Shown in pieces: positions 7,857 to 18,800 of a DNA stretch of 64,000 nt. How positions within the stretch are numbered: the first letter of the stretch is position 1; every line of letters begins with the position of its first letter. Made by a program: the position numbers and the translations under genes. The notes under the pieces were generated by a model. That model searched no databases. It was given only the letters and a program-made list of their open reading frames with translations, and was not told the DNA's origin. The stretch covers positions 2,375-66,374 of the forward strand of contig CACPSE010000001.1 in assembly GCA_902636535.1 (NCBI GenBank), read 5' to 3'. This DNA is from an uncultured Wolbachia sp. GTDB taxonomy: Bacteria; Pseudomonadota; Alphaproteobacteria; Rickettsiales; Anaplasmataceae.

Positions 7857-10362
7857 GACTAAGCTGTCATTGCTATTAATTGCAATATTTTTACTAAATA
7901 TAGACTTTTTACTCTCATATCCAGTATTTGCAGATGAAGTAAGTGGTACTGACAAGACGGAATTTGTTAGTAGATTTAACTCTACTGGCAGCTTCAGTCG
8001 TGCCTCTAATCCTGATTGTGGAGCGTTTAAAACGGCTGCGGCACTTGCTGGAATAGCGATTGCTGTTGGTGCAATATTTACTGGCATTGTTTTGATCGTC
8101 TCTTCTGCTGGTTTGTTTACTGCTTTTGTCATTGTTGGAATGATAGCTGCAATTGTTGGGGTTTGGAAAGCGATAGGAGGGATTGTTGTTTGTGAACATA
8201 GTTTTGTTAAACTCCCAGTTGCACGTGATCATGATGGAAAGTATAAAGATTTCGGATTCTCAAAATCAGAATACTCAAAATATTCAGGGGGCACAAATAA
8301 GAATTACCAAAAGGAAGATGAGTATTTTAAATGTTTTGATAAGGAAAATGAATCAATAGAAGTAGGTAAAAAAATAGAGAAGGGCATTTTAAACTCCATA
8401 CCTGACCAAAATGCTGGTGGTTATTACTGGCCAAAAAACGGTGTGCAATACAGTGAATATATAGAAGTATGTCATCGAAACCCCTTAACGTTTGGTAATC
8501 TTTTTAGTGATATAGACTTTGATGTTAGAGAGAAGGACACGGGATATGTAGATGGGTCATGGTCGCCAAAAGTTGATGGTGATCTGGAATGTAAAGTTCT
8601 TAAAGCTGGACAGAGCGAAACCATACATGGGTCAACATTTAAAGCAGTGAGAAAAATGGGCAGGTTATGTGTGGAACTAGCTGAGATTAGCACATTTGGT
8701 ATCAGAATGACTCCTTGGCCGCAAGGGGTTGATATGGGGTGCACGGAATTTCCACCTGACCCAATTGCTCCTATGTGTGAGAAATCTGTGATGATATTCA
8801 AAAATAAAAATGGTACAGGTAAATATAAGGTTGATCTTGGCGACCCTGGAAATAGAGATAAAGATTACAAAACTATTATAAGGGACGAGGAAAAAGAAGG
8901 AAAAATTCTTGTAGGTTATGATAATGCTGGCTGTTTTAGCTCGTATGTCTCTGAAGCTTGTTATAACCAGGCTGGAAGTAAATCATTAGCTCCTATTCCC
9001 ATCACTTCTATGATAGTGCAATGCATTAAGGAATCGTTAGATAATTTAGTGGCAGGTATTGATTCAAGTGGCAACTCACTTAAGGACAAAAATGGACATG
9101 ATAAGGGCAGTTTCTTGTCTGTAGCTCAAAAAAGGCTGAAAAATACCGTAACTGCTGTTTTGGTTTTAGCTTTAATCCTATTTTCTATAAAAGCCATGTC
9201 TGGTGGAGTTCGTAGTCCACAAGAAATGTACATGTTGATTATTAAATTCGCTTTAGTGATTTATTTCACAACGGGCAGCACCATGTCTCATTATTATGGA
9301 GAACTAACAAAACTTTCAAATGGTTTGTCAGAAATAGTGCTCAAAGCTTCATCTGAAAGTAAAAATATATGTAATTATGAGGCAGGTAGGGATTATGAAT
9401 ACATGCGTCATGGGAAGAAAATATCTTACAGCTACCTTGCACCTTGGGATAGGCTTGATTGTAGAATTTTATTTTATTTAGGCGCCCCTTTAGATGGAAT
9501 TGGTGGCAAAATTGGTACTGGAGGTATTGTAACGTTAGCAATCTTGCTTGGTACTGCCCCTGTCTTGTTAGTTGCAGGTTCGATAATCGGTATTATTTTT
9601 GCTGGTGGACAGATTTTAGTAGCTATTGTCTGTATATTTATGGCCGTTTTGATGATGATGGTTATTTTGTGGCTGTGCTATGTATTTATTTTATCTCTAG
9701 TTGCTTTAAGTGTAATCGTCATTTTATCACCTTTGTTCATTCCTATGGTTTTATTCCAACATACCAAAGGATATTTTGACGGCTGGGTGAAAGAGTTGAT
9801 TACATATAGCTTATACCCGGTTATCCTTTTTGCGTTTTTGTCCTTTATGTTCATAGCATGTGATAAAATCTATTTTAAAAATTTAAATTTTGAACTGGAC
9901 AGCTTACATGAAAGTAAACAAACACAACCCTCAAATAGTAAGAAAAAACAGTGGTTTAAATTGAAAGATGGGGAATGTGATAAAAATGAAACTACTCTTG
10001 CATGTATGATGCAAAATTATAGCTTTAAAAAGAGCAGCATACTTGGTCTATTCGACTTTACATACATGGAGTTTGGCAGCTCTCTCATCGGAGAGTTATT
10101 AAAGTTGTGTCTAGTGTTATTCCTCTTTTACCACTTTTTAAACATTCTTCCTAACATGGCTGCTGAACTTGCCGGTAACCATAGAGCAGCACTCGGTTCT
10201 GGTAGTACGCCTGGACAAATGGTGGGCAAAGCTTTATCTGCTGCTAAAGCTGCTGCTGGAGGTGTTGGTCAAGCTGCTGCTGCGGCTGTCAAGAAGGCAA
10301 GAGGTGGTGCTGGTGGAGGAGGTGGAGATAGTGGTAAAGGTTCCAGCGAAAAGATTAACTAA
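7849..10362 (+). CDS. virB6: VirB6/TrbL-family T4SS inner-membrane protein, paralog 1 (Ala/Gly-rich C-terminal tail)
   Basis: Polytopic TM core with the paralog-conserved block LSPLFIPMVLFQHTKGYFDGWVKEL. N-terminal Sec-type signal. Its start overlaps the virB4 stop by 8 nt. Confidence 0.8.
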   Translation: MFKTKLSLLLIAIFLLNIDFLLSYPVFADEVSGTDKTEFVSRFNSTGSFSRASNPDCGAFKTAAALAGIAIAVGAIFTGIVLIVSSAGLFTAFVIVGMIAAIVGVWKAIGGIVVCEHSFVKLPVARDHDGKYKDFGFSKSEYSKYSGGTNKNYQKEDEYFKCFDKENESIEVGKKIEKGILNSIPDQNAGGYYWPKNGVQYSEYIEVCHRNPLTFGNLFSDIDFDVREKDTGYVDGSWSPKVDGDLECKVLKAGQSETIHGSTFKAVRKMGRLCVELAEISTFGIRMTPWPQGVDMGCTEFPPDPIAPMCEKSVMIFKNKNGTGKYKVDLGDPGNRDKDYKTIIRDEEKEGKILVGYDNAGCFSSYVSEACYNQAGSKSLAPIPITSMIVQCIKESLDNLVAGIDSSGNSLKDKNGHDKGSFLSVAQKRLKNTVTAVLVLALILFSIKAMSGGVRSPQEMYMLIIKFALVIYFTTGSTMSHYYGELTKLSNGLSEIVLKASSESKNICNYEAGRDYEYMRHGKKISYSYLAPWDRLDCRILFYLGAPLDGIGGKIGTGGIVTLAILLGTAPVLLVAGSIIGIIFAGGQILVAIVCIFMAVLMMMVILWLCYVFILSLVALSVIVILSPLFIPMVLFQHTKGYFDGWVKELITYSLYPVILFAFLSFMFIACDKIYFKNLNFELDSLHESKQTQPSNSKKKQWFKLKDGECDKNETTLACMMQNYSFKKSSILGLFDFTYMEFGSSLIGELLKLCLVLFLFYHFLNILPNMAAELAGNHRAALGSGSTPGQMVGKALSAAKAAAGGVGQAAAAAVKKARGGAGGGGGDSGKGSSEKIN

Positions 10363-10395
10363 GGTGGCGGTGATGCTAGTTAAGGTAAGTAACAG

Positions 10396-12831
10396 ATGCT
10401 TAAACGTTTAAGTAACCAAAACTTGGGTAAGCTATGCATAAGTTTTGTGGTGCTTTTTTTATTGTCTGGATGCGGGGAGGATCACTGTATTAAGCCAGAA
10501 AATTTATCAGGTTTGCGTGAAAAACTAGATATAGTGTCAACAGAGCAGAAATGGGTTGATTCTGGTGTTAATATCTCAGATAGAATAAGAGTAACAGAGA
10601 TTGACATAGAGTCTAGTAAGGTTAATTTTTGTCCTAAGCAGTACGCAGATTTTGCAATTTGGCCTGGGAGAAATGACGTTAAATTACCATTTGCACTTAA
10701 AAAAGGCGATACGATAAGCTTTAGTGTTATTGGAAGTAAAGTGTGTAAAGATAAAGAAGATGGTACAAAAATCAGGTATGTAAAAATTGATGAAAAGTGC
10801 AGCGAGAAAGAAACGGAACATTTTGCACATGTTTTAAATCGAGAAGGATGTCAAGGTAGTATTCAAGATGGAATATGTCCTAATAAGTACATACAAAGCA
10901 ATGAATACTGGCTGCATCAAAATGGAAAAGAATATCAGAGTTCAGATTTTTCAAGATCAGATCAAGATAAAAGAAAAAAGGAGATCGAAGATATTGTCAA
11001 TTCTATAAAACAACAAGGAAAAGATATAGACTGCAGCTCGCTTTCAAGTAATCAAGCAAGCAAGATAGATACATATATCTTAGACCTAACCTGTAAATAT
11101 GCATGCTTTCTTGATAATCGTGGAGAAAAGCCTTGTTTGCCTAGTCTTGCACAGAATGCTACAAAACGCAAGCTGGGTACATCCGTTACAAGTGCTTTAA
11201 AGTCTGTTAATGACGGATCTGTTGGTGAGGCTATTAGTGACATTTTAAAGGATGCAGAAATAGAAACTGATGTTCAACACTTAAGTGTTTATATGGATGG
11301 TGTAAAGTTTAAAAATGCGCAAGATGGTGGTATATGTACTAGTTGTAATCACGAGATAAGTGATAGCCATGCAATAAACTCAGAATTAATTTTTACGTTA
11401 GGTGATGGTACTGGCAAGGGTGGTTTCAACATAAGAGTAACAAAGAACCATAGCCTAAAAAATAACTTGTATATACGCGTCTCTGACAAACTTCCTGAGC
11501 ATAACCCTGATGAAACCCAGGGAGATATATCTGTGGATATTAGCCAAGTTCATGATACTGAGTACATGGAAGGCTTAAAAGAAAAGTTAAAAGAAAAAAA
11601 AGGCACCATATATTATGGAATAAGAGACCATGGCTGCGATTATAAAAATGAAGGTCAGTTTAGCATTAACCTCACAACTAAAGAGCCACCTACAAAAACT
11701 TTTAGTGCAATCTATAATTTTTTTAACGAAAAAGTAAAAACTGCATTTTTTGGTTCCAGCTATAAAGATCCCAACGCGATTCACTCTGATACTAGTCCTG
11801 TAAAGTCTCTTTACGAAAGTTTTATAAAATCAAGCAGAACAAATACCATTAGATCTACTATAATATCACTATTAGTACTATATATAATCTTATATACTCT
11901 TTATTACTTTTTTGGATTAACTCATATTTCTATATATGAGTTTTTAATTATATGCGTAAAGATAGGAATCATCGCCCAGCTATTGCAGGATAATAGCTGG
12001 AACTTTTTTTATAACAATGCATTCTCTATGCTTATTAACACTCCAAAACAACTAATAGAAATAGCAAATTTTAGAGGTACGACATCAAATGTTTTTGAAT
12101 TCCTTGATTTGCCGCTCAATAGGTTCTTGTCATCGCATTCAGTATTGTTAATAGTATCTCTTATATTTTCTGGCCCTTTAGGCATTGTATCTTTTTGCTT
12201 GGTGATTTGGGGTTTAATCACAGTGAGCTTATCTATTTTTAATGCCTTATTTTCTTTTATTACATCTATAGCAATAGTTGCGTTATTACTTTCTTTAGCA
12301 CCTATTTTTATTATTTGTCTTTTATTTGCGTATACTAGGCAGATGTTTCACAACTGGGTTAAAAATTTAGCAAGATTTGCGATTCATCCAGTAGTGCTTT
12401 TAATTTTTATATCACTGATAAGCCAGGTTATGGATTATATTGTGTATTCAGTATTTGATTTTGAAGTCTGCTCTACGTGTATACTTAGTATTAACCTAAA
12501 GATTTTTAACCCTTGTATCTTCTATGGTTATGCTTCCAAATATACACCTAATATTACCGCTATGATGGCTTTTGTTATTTTGGGACACGCTATGAAAGCT
12601 TTAGTTGAAGCTTCTTCGACAATATCTGACTCGTTGTTTGGTGTTTATGTGCAAAACGAACCTGGGAGACAATATCAACAAAGCTTAATGGGAACAGTAG
12701 GGTTAGATAAGGAAAGCGTTCAAAGAAGAGCAGGAAGTGCTTCTCAACAGTCAGGTACGTCAAGACCTCAAATACCTACAGGAGCTCAAAGGTCAACGCC
12801 TCAGATACCACAACCAGGAAAACAGCAATGA
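10396..12831 (+). CDS. virB6: VirB6/TrbL-family T4SS protein, paralog 2 (lipobox N-terminus)
   Basis: Lipobox LLSGC. A roughly 480-aa N-terminal soluble domain is followed by a TM core with LAPIFIICLLFAYTRQMFHNWVKNL. The tail is P/Q-rich. Confidence 0.8.
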   Translation: MLKRLSNQNLGKLCISFVVLFLLSGCGEDHCIKPENLSGLREKLDIVSTEQKWVDSGVNISDRIRVTEIDIESSKVNFCPKQYADFAIWPGRNDVKLPFALKKGDTISFSVIGSKVCKDKEDGTKIRYVKIDEKCSEKETEHFAHVLNREGCQGSIQDGICPNKYIQSNEYWLHQNGKEYQSSDFSRSDQDKRKKEIEDIVNSIKQQGKDIDCSSLSSNQASKIDTYILDLTCKYACFLDNRGEKPCLPSLAQNATKRKLGTSVTSALKSVNDGSVGEAISDILKDAEIETDVQHLSVYMDGVKFKNAQDGGICTSCNHEISDSHAINSELIFTLGDGTGKGGFNIRVTKNHSLKNNLYIRVSDKLPEHNPDETQGDISVDISQVHDTEYMEGLKEKLKEKKGTIYYGIRDHGCDYKNEGQFSINLTTKEPPTKTFSAIYNFFNEKVKTAFFGSSYKDPNAIHSDTSPVKSLYESFIKSSRTNTIRSTIISLLVLYIILYTLYYFFGLTHISIYEFLIICVKIGIIAQLLQDNSWNFFYNNAFSMLINTPKQLIEIANFRGTTSNVFEFLDLPLNRFLSSHSVLLIVSLIFSGPLGIVSFCLVIWGLITVSLSIFNALFSFITSIAIVALLLSLAPIFIICLLFAYTRQMFHNWVKNLARFAIHPVVLLIFISLISQVMDYIVYSVFDFEVCSTCILSINLKIFNPCIFYGYASKYTPNITAMMAFVILGHAMKALVEASSTISDSLFGVYVQNEPGRQYQQSLMGTVGLDKESVQRRAGSASQQSGTSRPQIPTGAQRSTPQIPQPGKQQ

Positions 12832-15791
12832 TAAGTAAAAGATCACTATTATTGATACTGTGTCTTGCAATCACTGGTTGTAACATGGATTGTGTCGAAC
12901 CTGGGTTGCAGAGCAGAAACACCAGCGTTAATGTGGATGTTCCAGTTCATAAAGCCGATAAAATTCATTGGGTTGATTCTGGTCAGGTAATTAGTCAGGG
13001 TGAGAAAATCAAATTCACCCTCGATGGATCAGTGAATTTTTGCCCTTTTAAAGAAGACAAAAATCCAAGGAAAGTACTTGTACCTGCTAGCTTTTGTGTC
13101 GACGGTTCAGAACCAAATTACAATAAAGCTGCAGATATTAATAATGTGCCTAATAATTATGGCGTTGATGAAAAAGGCATAAATGAAAACGAATTGTGCG
13201 GCGGTAAAAGATTTGGCAGCAATAGACGTTATGTAGACACTGGAATTAAAGTAAATCCTGGTGATAAGTTAAGCTTCAGTTTAGTTCCCAGAAAGATAAC
13301 AATTGATTATGACAATCCAGGAGGGAAAGGTATCAGCTTTGATGACAATTGTTATAGAGCTGAAGAAGGAGGTGAAAAAGTGTCAGCAAGTGAAATATTG
13401 AATGTTAGCAAGCAAGAGGGAGAGGAATTTTTTTGTGAGGGCAAGGATGGAAAGAGAAATAAAATAAAATTTTTACCTCTTGATAAAACAAAAGCAAAGG
13501 AAAGCAAAGTGCTAGTTGGCAATGGGTATACCCCATATGATAATAAGGTACATTTTAATAAAGGTTATATTCAAGACAACGAACCATGGAGATATGGTTC
13601 ACTACTTGATTTGCGCCGCGCTAAAATAGGATTGAACGAGTTATGTGATGGAAAAAACTGTAGTCTTGATGAGAGAAAAAAGTACTCCTCCTATGAGCTC
13701 AACTGTTACCATCAAAATATATGCTATACTGAGAAGGGTATATGGAATTATACATATAAAGACAAAGAACGGAACTGTGTCTCTTCTATAAGGTATAGCA
13801 AATATGATAAAGGAAATAGATGTGATATGTATTCTCACCTTAAAGAGGTTGAAGATAAGCTTAAGCAGATTAATGTTGATTTTACATCAAACACTGAAGA
13901 AGATATTTCCTGGGCTGAGGCTCTTGTTGCAAAAATTGGTGATCTTGATAATCAAGGTACTGCTAAAGGTATGCAATGTCTTCCAGATAATGAAGTAGGT
14001 GCAAGAAAGGATAATGTGTGTTCGCAAATTAGTGATAATTTTAAGGATTTTTCTCTGAAATTAAATAGTGACTATACAGTAAAAAATGTAACATCTGGTA
14101 GTAGTGTGATGCTCGCTATTGCAGATTATGGTCACTATGGAGCTAATAGGGGTGGGTACCATGTTAAAGTGACTAGATCATGTCAATACATTAATGGCGA
14201 AAAACTGTATGTGTATTTGGGTGATAACCCACCTAAAGATTTGCATGGTGTGGGAACTGATGATTTCAAAGTGGTAGGAGAAAGAGTAGACGGAAAAGAT
14301 GAGTACACCATATTAGATGTAATAAGCGGAGAACACTTTCAGAACAAAGAATCTAAGAAGATATATTTCGGTATTGATGTAAGCAATGTAGAGAAAGGTG
14401 ATATTACAGACAAATATGGCAAATATTATGAAAATAATAAGTACACAGTAACTTTATTTGTCAAAAGAAAAATTAATGATTTTATTTCATCGAATGTAAA
14501 CGGGGTATTTAAACTTATAAAAGAAGAAGTAATTGGGGACAGCGTTAAAGATTCATACAAAGGATATGCAAGAGGTCTTCTTCAAGGAGTAAGAGCTTTG
14601 CTTACTCTATACGTTATATTTACTGTCGTTGGCTATATGCTTGGAACAATACAGCTAAGTAAATTTGATTTCATTGTAAGAATGTTCAAGATAGCATTTA
14701 TAGCTTTTGCCTTTAGCGATAGAAGCTGGGAACTTTTTGGTACAACTTTATCCAGACTTTTTATAGATGGTAGCACTTATTTAGTTGATAGCTTTTCTGG
14801 CTATATAGGGGAAGGGGAAGGAAAATTTGCATTCTTAGACTTGACAGCAGGAGTATTATTCACAGCAGAAACTTGGTTAAAGTTTTTATCGTTGATGCTC
14901 TCTGGTCCTTTTGGCTTTATTGCATTTTTGGCAATACTCTACGCTACTTTTATGTTCTTAAAATGCATTATTAGCGCTACATTGAAATATGTAATATCTA
15001 CTGTTTTAGTAGCGTTTTTATTGTCGTTAACACCTTTGTTTATCGTGTTTATTTTATTTCAACAGACTAAACCCTTGTTTGATAACTGGATAAAAACGCT
15101 GGCTCACGTTGCAGTACAACCAGTTATTTTATTTTCATCTTTATCTCTTTTAAATCAGTTGATGTATTCAGTTCTATACAATCTCACAAATTTTTCTGCA
15201 TGCTATCAATGTTTAATTAGCGTAAATTTCTTATCGTATGATCTATGCCTGATGAAATCAATACTGCCTCTTGGATACAGTCCTGGCACTAATGTTGATG
15301 TTGCATTAAGTCCCGGAGAAAGAGCTGGTGGGCACTTTGCAGCATTACCTATAGACCTAATCCAGGCGTTTATATACCTCATTATTGCCGGTGCAATGGA
15401 AGCTTTTGTTTCTATATCGGAAGCTATGGCACAAGCACTATTCAGCTCTGGTTTTGGGGTTGCTGGCAGTGTTGGTCAAGTTGCTAAGAGCGCATCGCAA
15501 GCTATGCTGTCCACCGTTGGCCTTGATGATAAGACCCAAGGTATTATACAGAACATTAGGCAACAAGTGGGTAAAGATCGGACGGAAGTTGACGTGAAGG
15601 ATAATTCCATGAGCCCTAAATCTGAAATACCAGAACAATCAGGTAAGCAAGAAGGTCCTGATAAAAAGGAGAGGGGGAGCTCTAAACCTGAAGCACCAAA
15701 ACAATCAGGTCAGCAAAAAAATCCTGATGAAACAATAAGAAGTGATCCTAGTGATAAAGCTAAAAACAAGGAAGGAAATGGAGAGAAGTAA
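12828..15791 (+). CDS. virB6: VirB6/TrbL-family T4SS protein, paralog 3 (lipobox N-terminus)
   Basis: Lipobox AITGC. ATGA start/stop overlap with paralog 2. TM core contains LTPLFIVFILFQQTKPLFDNWIKTL. The N-terminal domain shares WVDSG...NFCP and GG(F/Y)x(I/V)(R/K)VT blocks with paralog 2. Confidence 0.8.
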   Translation: MISKRSLLLILCLAITGCNMDCVEPGLQSRNTSVNVDVPVHKADKIHWVDSGQVISQGEKIKFTLDGSVNFCPFKEDKNPRKVLVPASFCVDGSEPNYNKAADINNVPNNYGVDEKGINENELCGGKRFGSNRRYVDTGIKVNPGDKLSFSLVPRKITIDYDNPGGKGISFDDNCYRAEEGGEKVSASEILNVSKQEGEEFFCEGKDGKRNKIKFLPLDKTKAKESKVLVGNGYTPYDNKVHFNKGYIQDNEPWRYGSLLDLRRAKIGLNELCDGKNCSLDERKKYSSYELNCYHQNICYTEKGIWNYTYKDKERNCVSSIRYSKYDKGNRCDMYSHLKEVEDKLKQINVDFTSNTEEDISWAEALVAKIGDLDNQGTAKGMQCLPDNEVGARKDNVCSQISDNFKDFSLKLNSDYTVKNVTSGSSVMLAIADYGHYGANRGGYHVKVTRSCQYINGEKLYVYLGDNPPKDLHGVGTDDFKVVGERVDGKDEYTILDVISGEHFQNKESKKIYFGIDVSNVEKGDITDKYGKYYENNKYTVTLFVKRKINDFISSNVNGVFKLIKEEVIGDSVKDSYKGYARGLLQGVRALLTLYVIFTVVGYMLGTIQLSKFDFIVRMFKIAFIAFAFSDRSWELFGTTLSRLFIDGSTYLVDSFSGYIGEGEGKFAFLDLTAGVLFTAETWLKFLSLMLSGPFGFIAFLAILYATFMFLKCIISATLKYVISTVLVAFLLSLTPLFIVFILFQQTKPLFDNWIKTLAHVAVQPVILFSSLSLLNQLMYSVLYNLTNFSACYQCLISVNFLSYDLCLMKSILPLGYSPGTNVDVALSPGERAGGHFAALPIDLIQAFIYLIIAGAMEAFVSISEAMAQALFSSGFGVAGSVGQVAKSASQAMLSTVGLDDKTQGIIQNIRQQVGKDRTEVDVKDNSMSPKSEIPEQSGKQEGPDKKERGSSKPEAPKQSGQQKNPDETIRSDPSDKAKNKEGNGEK

Positions 15792-15881
15792 GATATGAAT
15801 GATGTTATGGAGTAACTAATTAAAAAGATATTTTAAGTAAAGTTTTAGAAATTTATTTCTATATTTGGAAAAAGTTTAGAT

Positions 15882-18800
15882 ATGCAATCACGCTTAGGCA
15901 AATGTTGGTTTAGGGTATTACTTCTTGCAGCTTATATGCTGATCACAGGTTGTAGTAAGAATGATATGCCTTTTCCAAGGTGCATATCTGCTGACTATTT
16001 TGGTCCTAAACCTATTGCAGTAAGCGCTCATTTTTCAAGCGACCACGATGCGTTTATTCCAGGAGATGGAGAAGTTATTGATCCTGAAACTGGCGAAATT
16101 AATTATGGTTTTCACCATAACCAAGTGGTGAAGTGGGAGGATACCGGACTCGAAACCAATGGAGATAGTTTAAAAGTGCGAGTTAATGGTGCATGGACAT
16201 CTTGGAGTAATAATAACAAGAAGGAATCTAAAAAAGGCAGTTATACCTTACAAAGCTTGGAGCAGTTAAAATATGCAACTAAATTTGAAGGTAAACAAAG
16301 TGATAATAGTTTACCTAATTTTCACTTAGTTTGTAATGATTATAAACCTAGCATACAAAAATTTTCAAGTAAGTCTGATACAAGTTGCACTGTAAATTGC
16401 AAGTGCATTAATGAAGATGATAGCGCAAATACAGTATCACGTGGTGCTCCATGTTGGTTTACCAATGGTCATGGTGCTTATCTTTTGTTTCAAACGGGGA
16501 AAGATGATCCTAACGAAAATCTAAAGTTAATGCGCGATCCTCAATATCCTACTGTACATTTAGGTTATAACTCCACAGCAGAGGGCGACAATGGATTTTT
16601 TACTTTAGACAGAGATAACACTAAATTAAAGGACAGAAATTGTAATGAGTTGAAGTTAAAAAAGGGATGGAAAATATATGTAAAAATATTAGATAGATAT
16701 TACTTAGATAATGTAGGTGGCTCCTCTTTTGAGTTCTTAAATGGAGTGCAGCAGCCAAGTAGTTTTGGGTTTTTTGATTACATTTATAACTATCTAAAAT
16801 GTGTATTATTGATTAACGAAAATTGCAAAGAACATTTTAATAGCAATGATCCTGCAGTTGCACAAGCTATGTTCGAAAATATAGCTGAAAAAAGTACGAG
16901 CTTTCACAATTTTGTTCTTTCCTTGCTTGTTCTATTTGTAATGATTTCATCGCTTCTTTATCTTTTTGGCATGATACGAGAAACTAAGCATGATATGCTC
17001 ATCAGAATGATGAAAATCACTCTAGTAATAGTGCTTATATCTCCTGGAAGTTTTAGATTTTTCTATGATCATTTTCTTGTTTTATTCGTTAAAGGTCTTG
17101 AACAATTGATAAGTGTAATTACTAACTTTGCTCCCAACATGAACACCGGAAGTATTGCTCAAGGAGATGAAGCTAAGTTGTTTAGCTTCATAGAGGACAT
17201 GTTCAATAAATTTTTTGCTTATTCTGTTTGGAAAAAGTTTGCAGCGTTTTTACATTACCAAATGTGGGCAAGCCTTCTTATGATACCGGCAATTTTCATA
17301 GGGATTGTGCTATACTTCTTGTTGTGCTTGTATGCTTACATAATATTTCTCTCTGGCTTTATGGGTATAGCTTTTCTTATAGCTATCATGCCACTGTTCC
17401 TGATCTCTATTTTATTTTCACCGCTGAAAAGTCTATTTGAAGGTTGGATAAAATTCTGCATCAGTTTTTGTTTACAATCGATTATGATATTTGCTCTCTT
17501 GTCATTACTGGCTTCCATTATAATGAATACCTTTTATAGGCAGTTAGGTTTTACTGTATGCTACAATAAATGGTTTGAGGTAAGGTTATGTGCTCCAAAA
17601 TGGGTGTTTGGCGGTTTTTGTATCGTTGATAAGCAGTACTTTGGTTGGACCCCAGGGCAAATTTTTGTACCTTACACTCTTGGAGAAGCTTCTTCACTTA
17701 ACATAGACAAAAGCATAGAAGGCATAGAAAAGATAAGCAGAGAAGGTGGTACAATAAAATTTACTGGAGGCGCTGGATATATCCCTCTTCCACCTGATTA
17801 CCCTAAAGATAAAAATGGTGAACATATAAAAGGGTTTCGTTATATAGATTATCCTTTCTTTAATCCAATGCCTGGAACTAAAGATAATCCAGCAGACCAC
17901 TATATTGCAGAAAGTGATATGGTAGTTAGTAATGGCTGCAGTGCAAAAGATCTAGTACGCTTAACAAATAGTTTATCCCATGCATCAGAGAGGGCTGACA
18001 TTATATTACTGATCAACAATATAGAGAAAAGGATAGGTGATGTTAGTGAAATAATAAAACGCTACTGTCAAGATATAAATAAATGCAATAGTTATAGGGA
18101 AATAATTAATGAAATAAGATCTTTAGTGCGGAGTGCGGTAGAAAAACAAGGTTGTAGAATACTGAAACTTCATGATTTATATAAGGATCCCAACAGTGAA
18201 TACTGTCAGAAATGTAAAGATTGTGAGGATTGCAAAAATTATCAAGAAAATAGCGATTACCAAAGGGTGCAAGACATACAGAGAGGTTATTTAATCAATG
18301 CAGGGGAAATCTTTGTGTTATTCTTGCTTTCATTTTTAATGTTCTCCTTACGCGAGTTCGTACAACAAATGGGCTCAAGCATAGCTGGTGGTGGATTCAG
18401 CGTTTACAATATATCTAGAATGTATGAAGCATCGCCTTTGGTTGGCATAATGGAAGGATTAAAACAGCATTATTGGCAAGACGCAATTGGTGGAAAACTA
18501 GAATCTTTAGGTAATTGGGCTACTCATTTACCGGATAGATTAGCCGGAGGTACAGCTAATCTACTGGGTAGGATACCAAGAGTTGGAGGAGTGCTGAAAT
18601 ACGCTATTGATGTGCCACGTAAATTTGTAGGTGCTACTATTGAAGCAACAAAATTTGCAACATCACCTAAAAATGACGTTGATAAACTTGAGGAAAAAAT
18701 CTACAGGGCATTTGGAGTTGATAAGGAAGATATTACGCATAGAAGGATCGGTAAATATTTAGAATATTACAAAGGATATGTAGGATCACATTTGGGCTAT

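Noticed and set aside
7788-8232. Minus-strand ORFs of 114 and 105 aa opposite the start of virB6 paralog 1
   Set aside because: They are antisense to a translationally coupled operon junction. They have no motifs and are explained by the codon composition of the sense gene.
10169-10411. 80-aa alternative-frame ORF across the virB6-1/virB6-2 junction
   Set aside because: It is created by the GCT/GGT-rich Ala/Gly tail of VirB6 paralog 1. The L/V/K-rich nonsense translation is in a frame overlapping a supported CDS.
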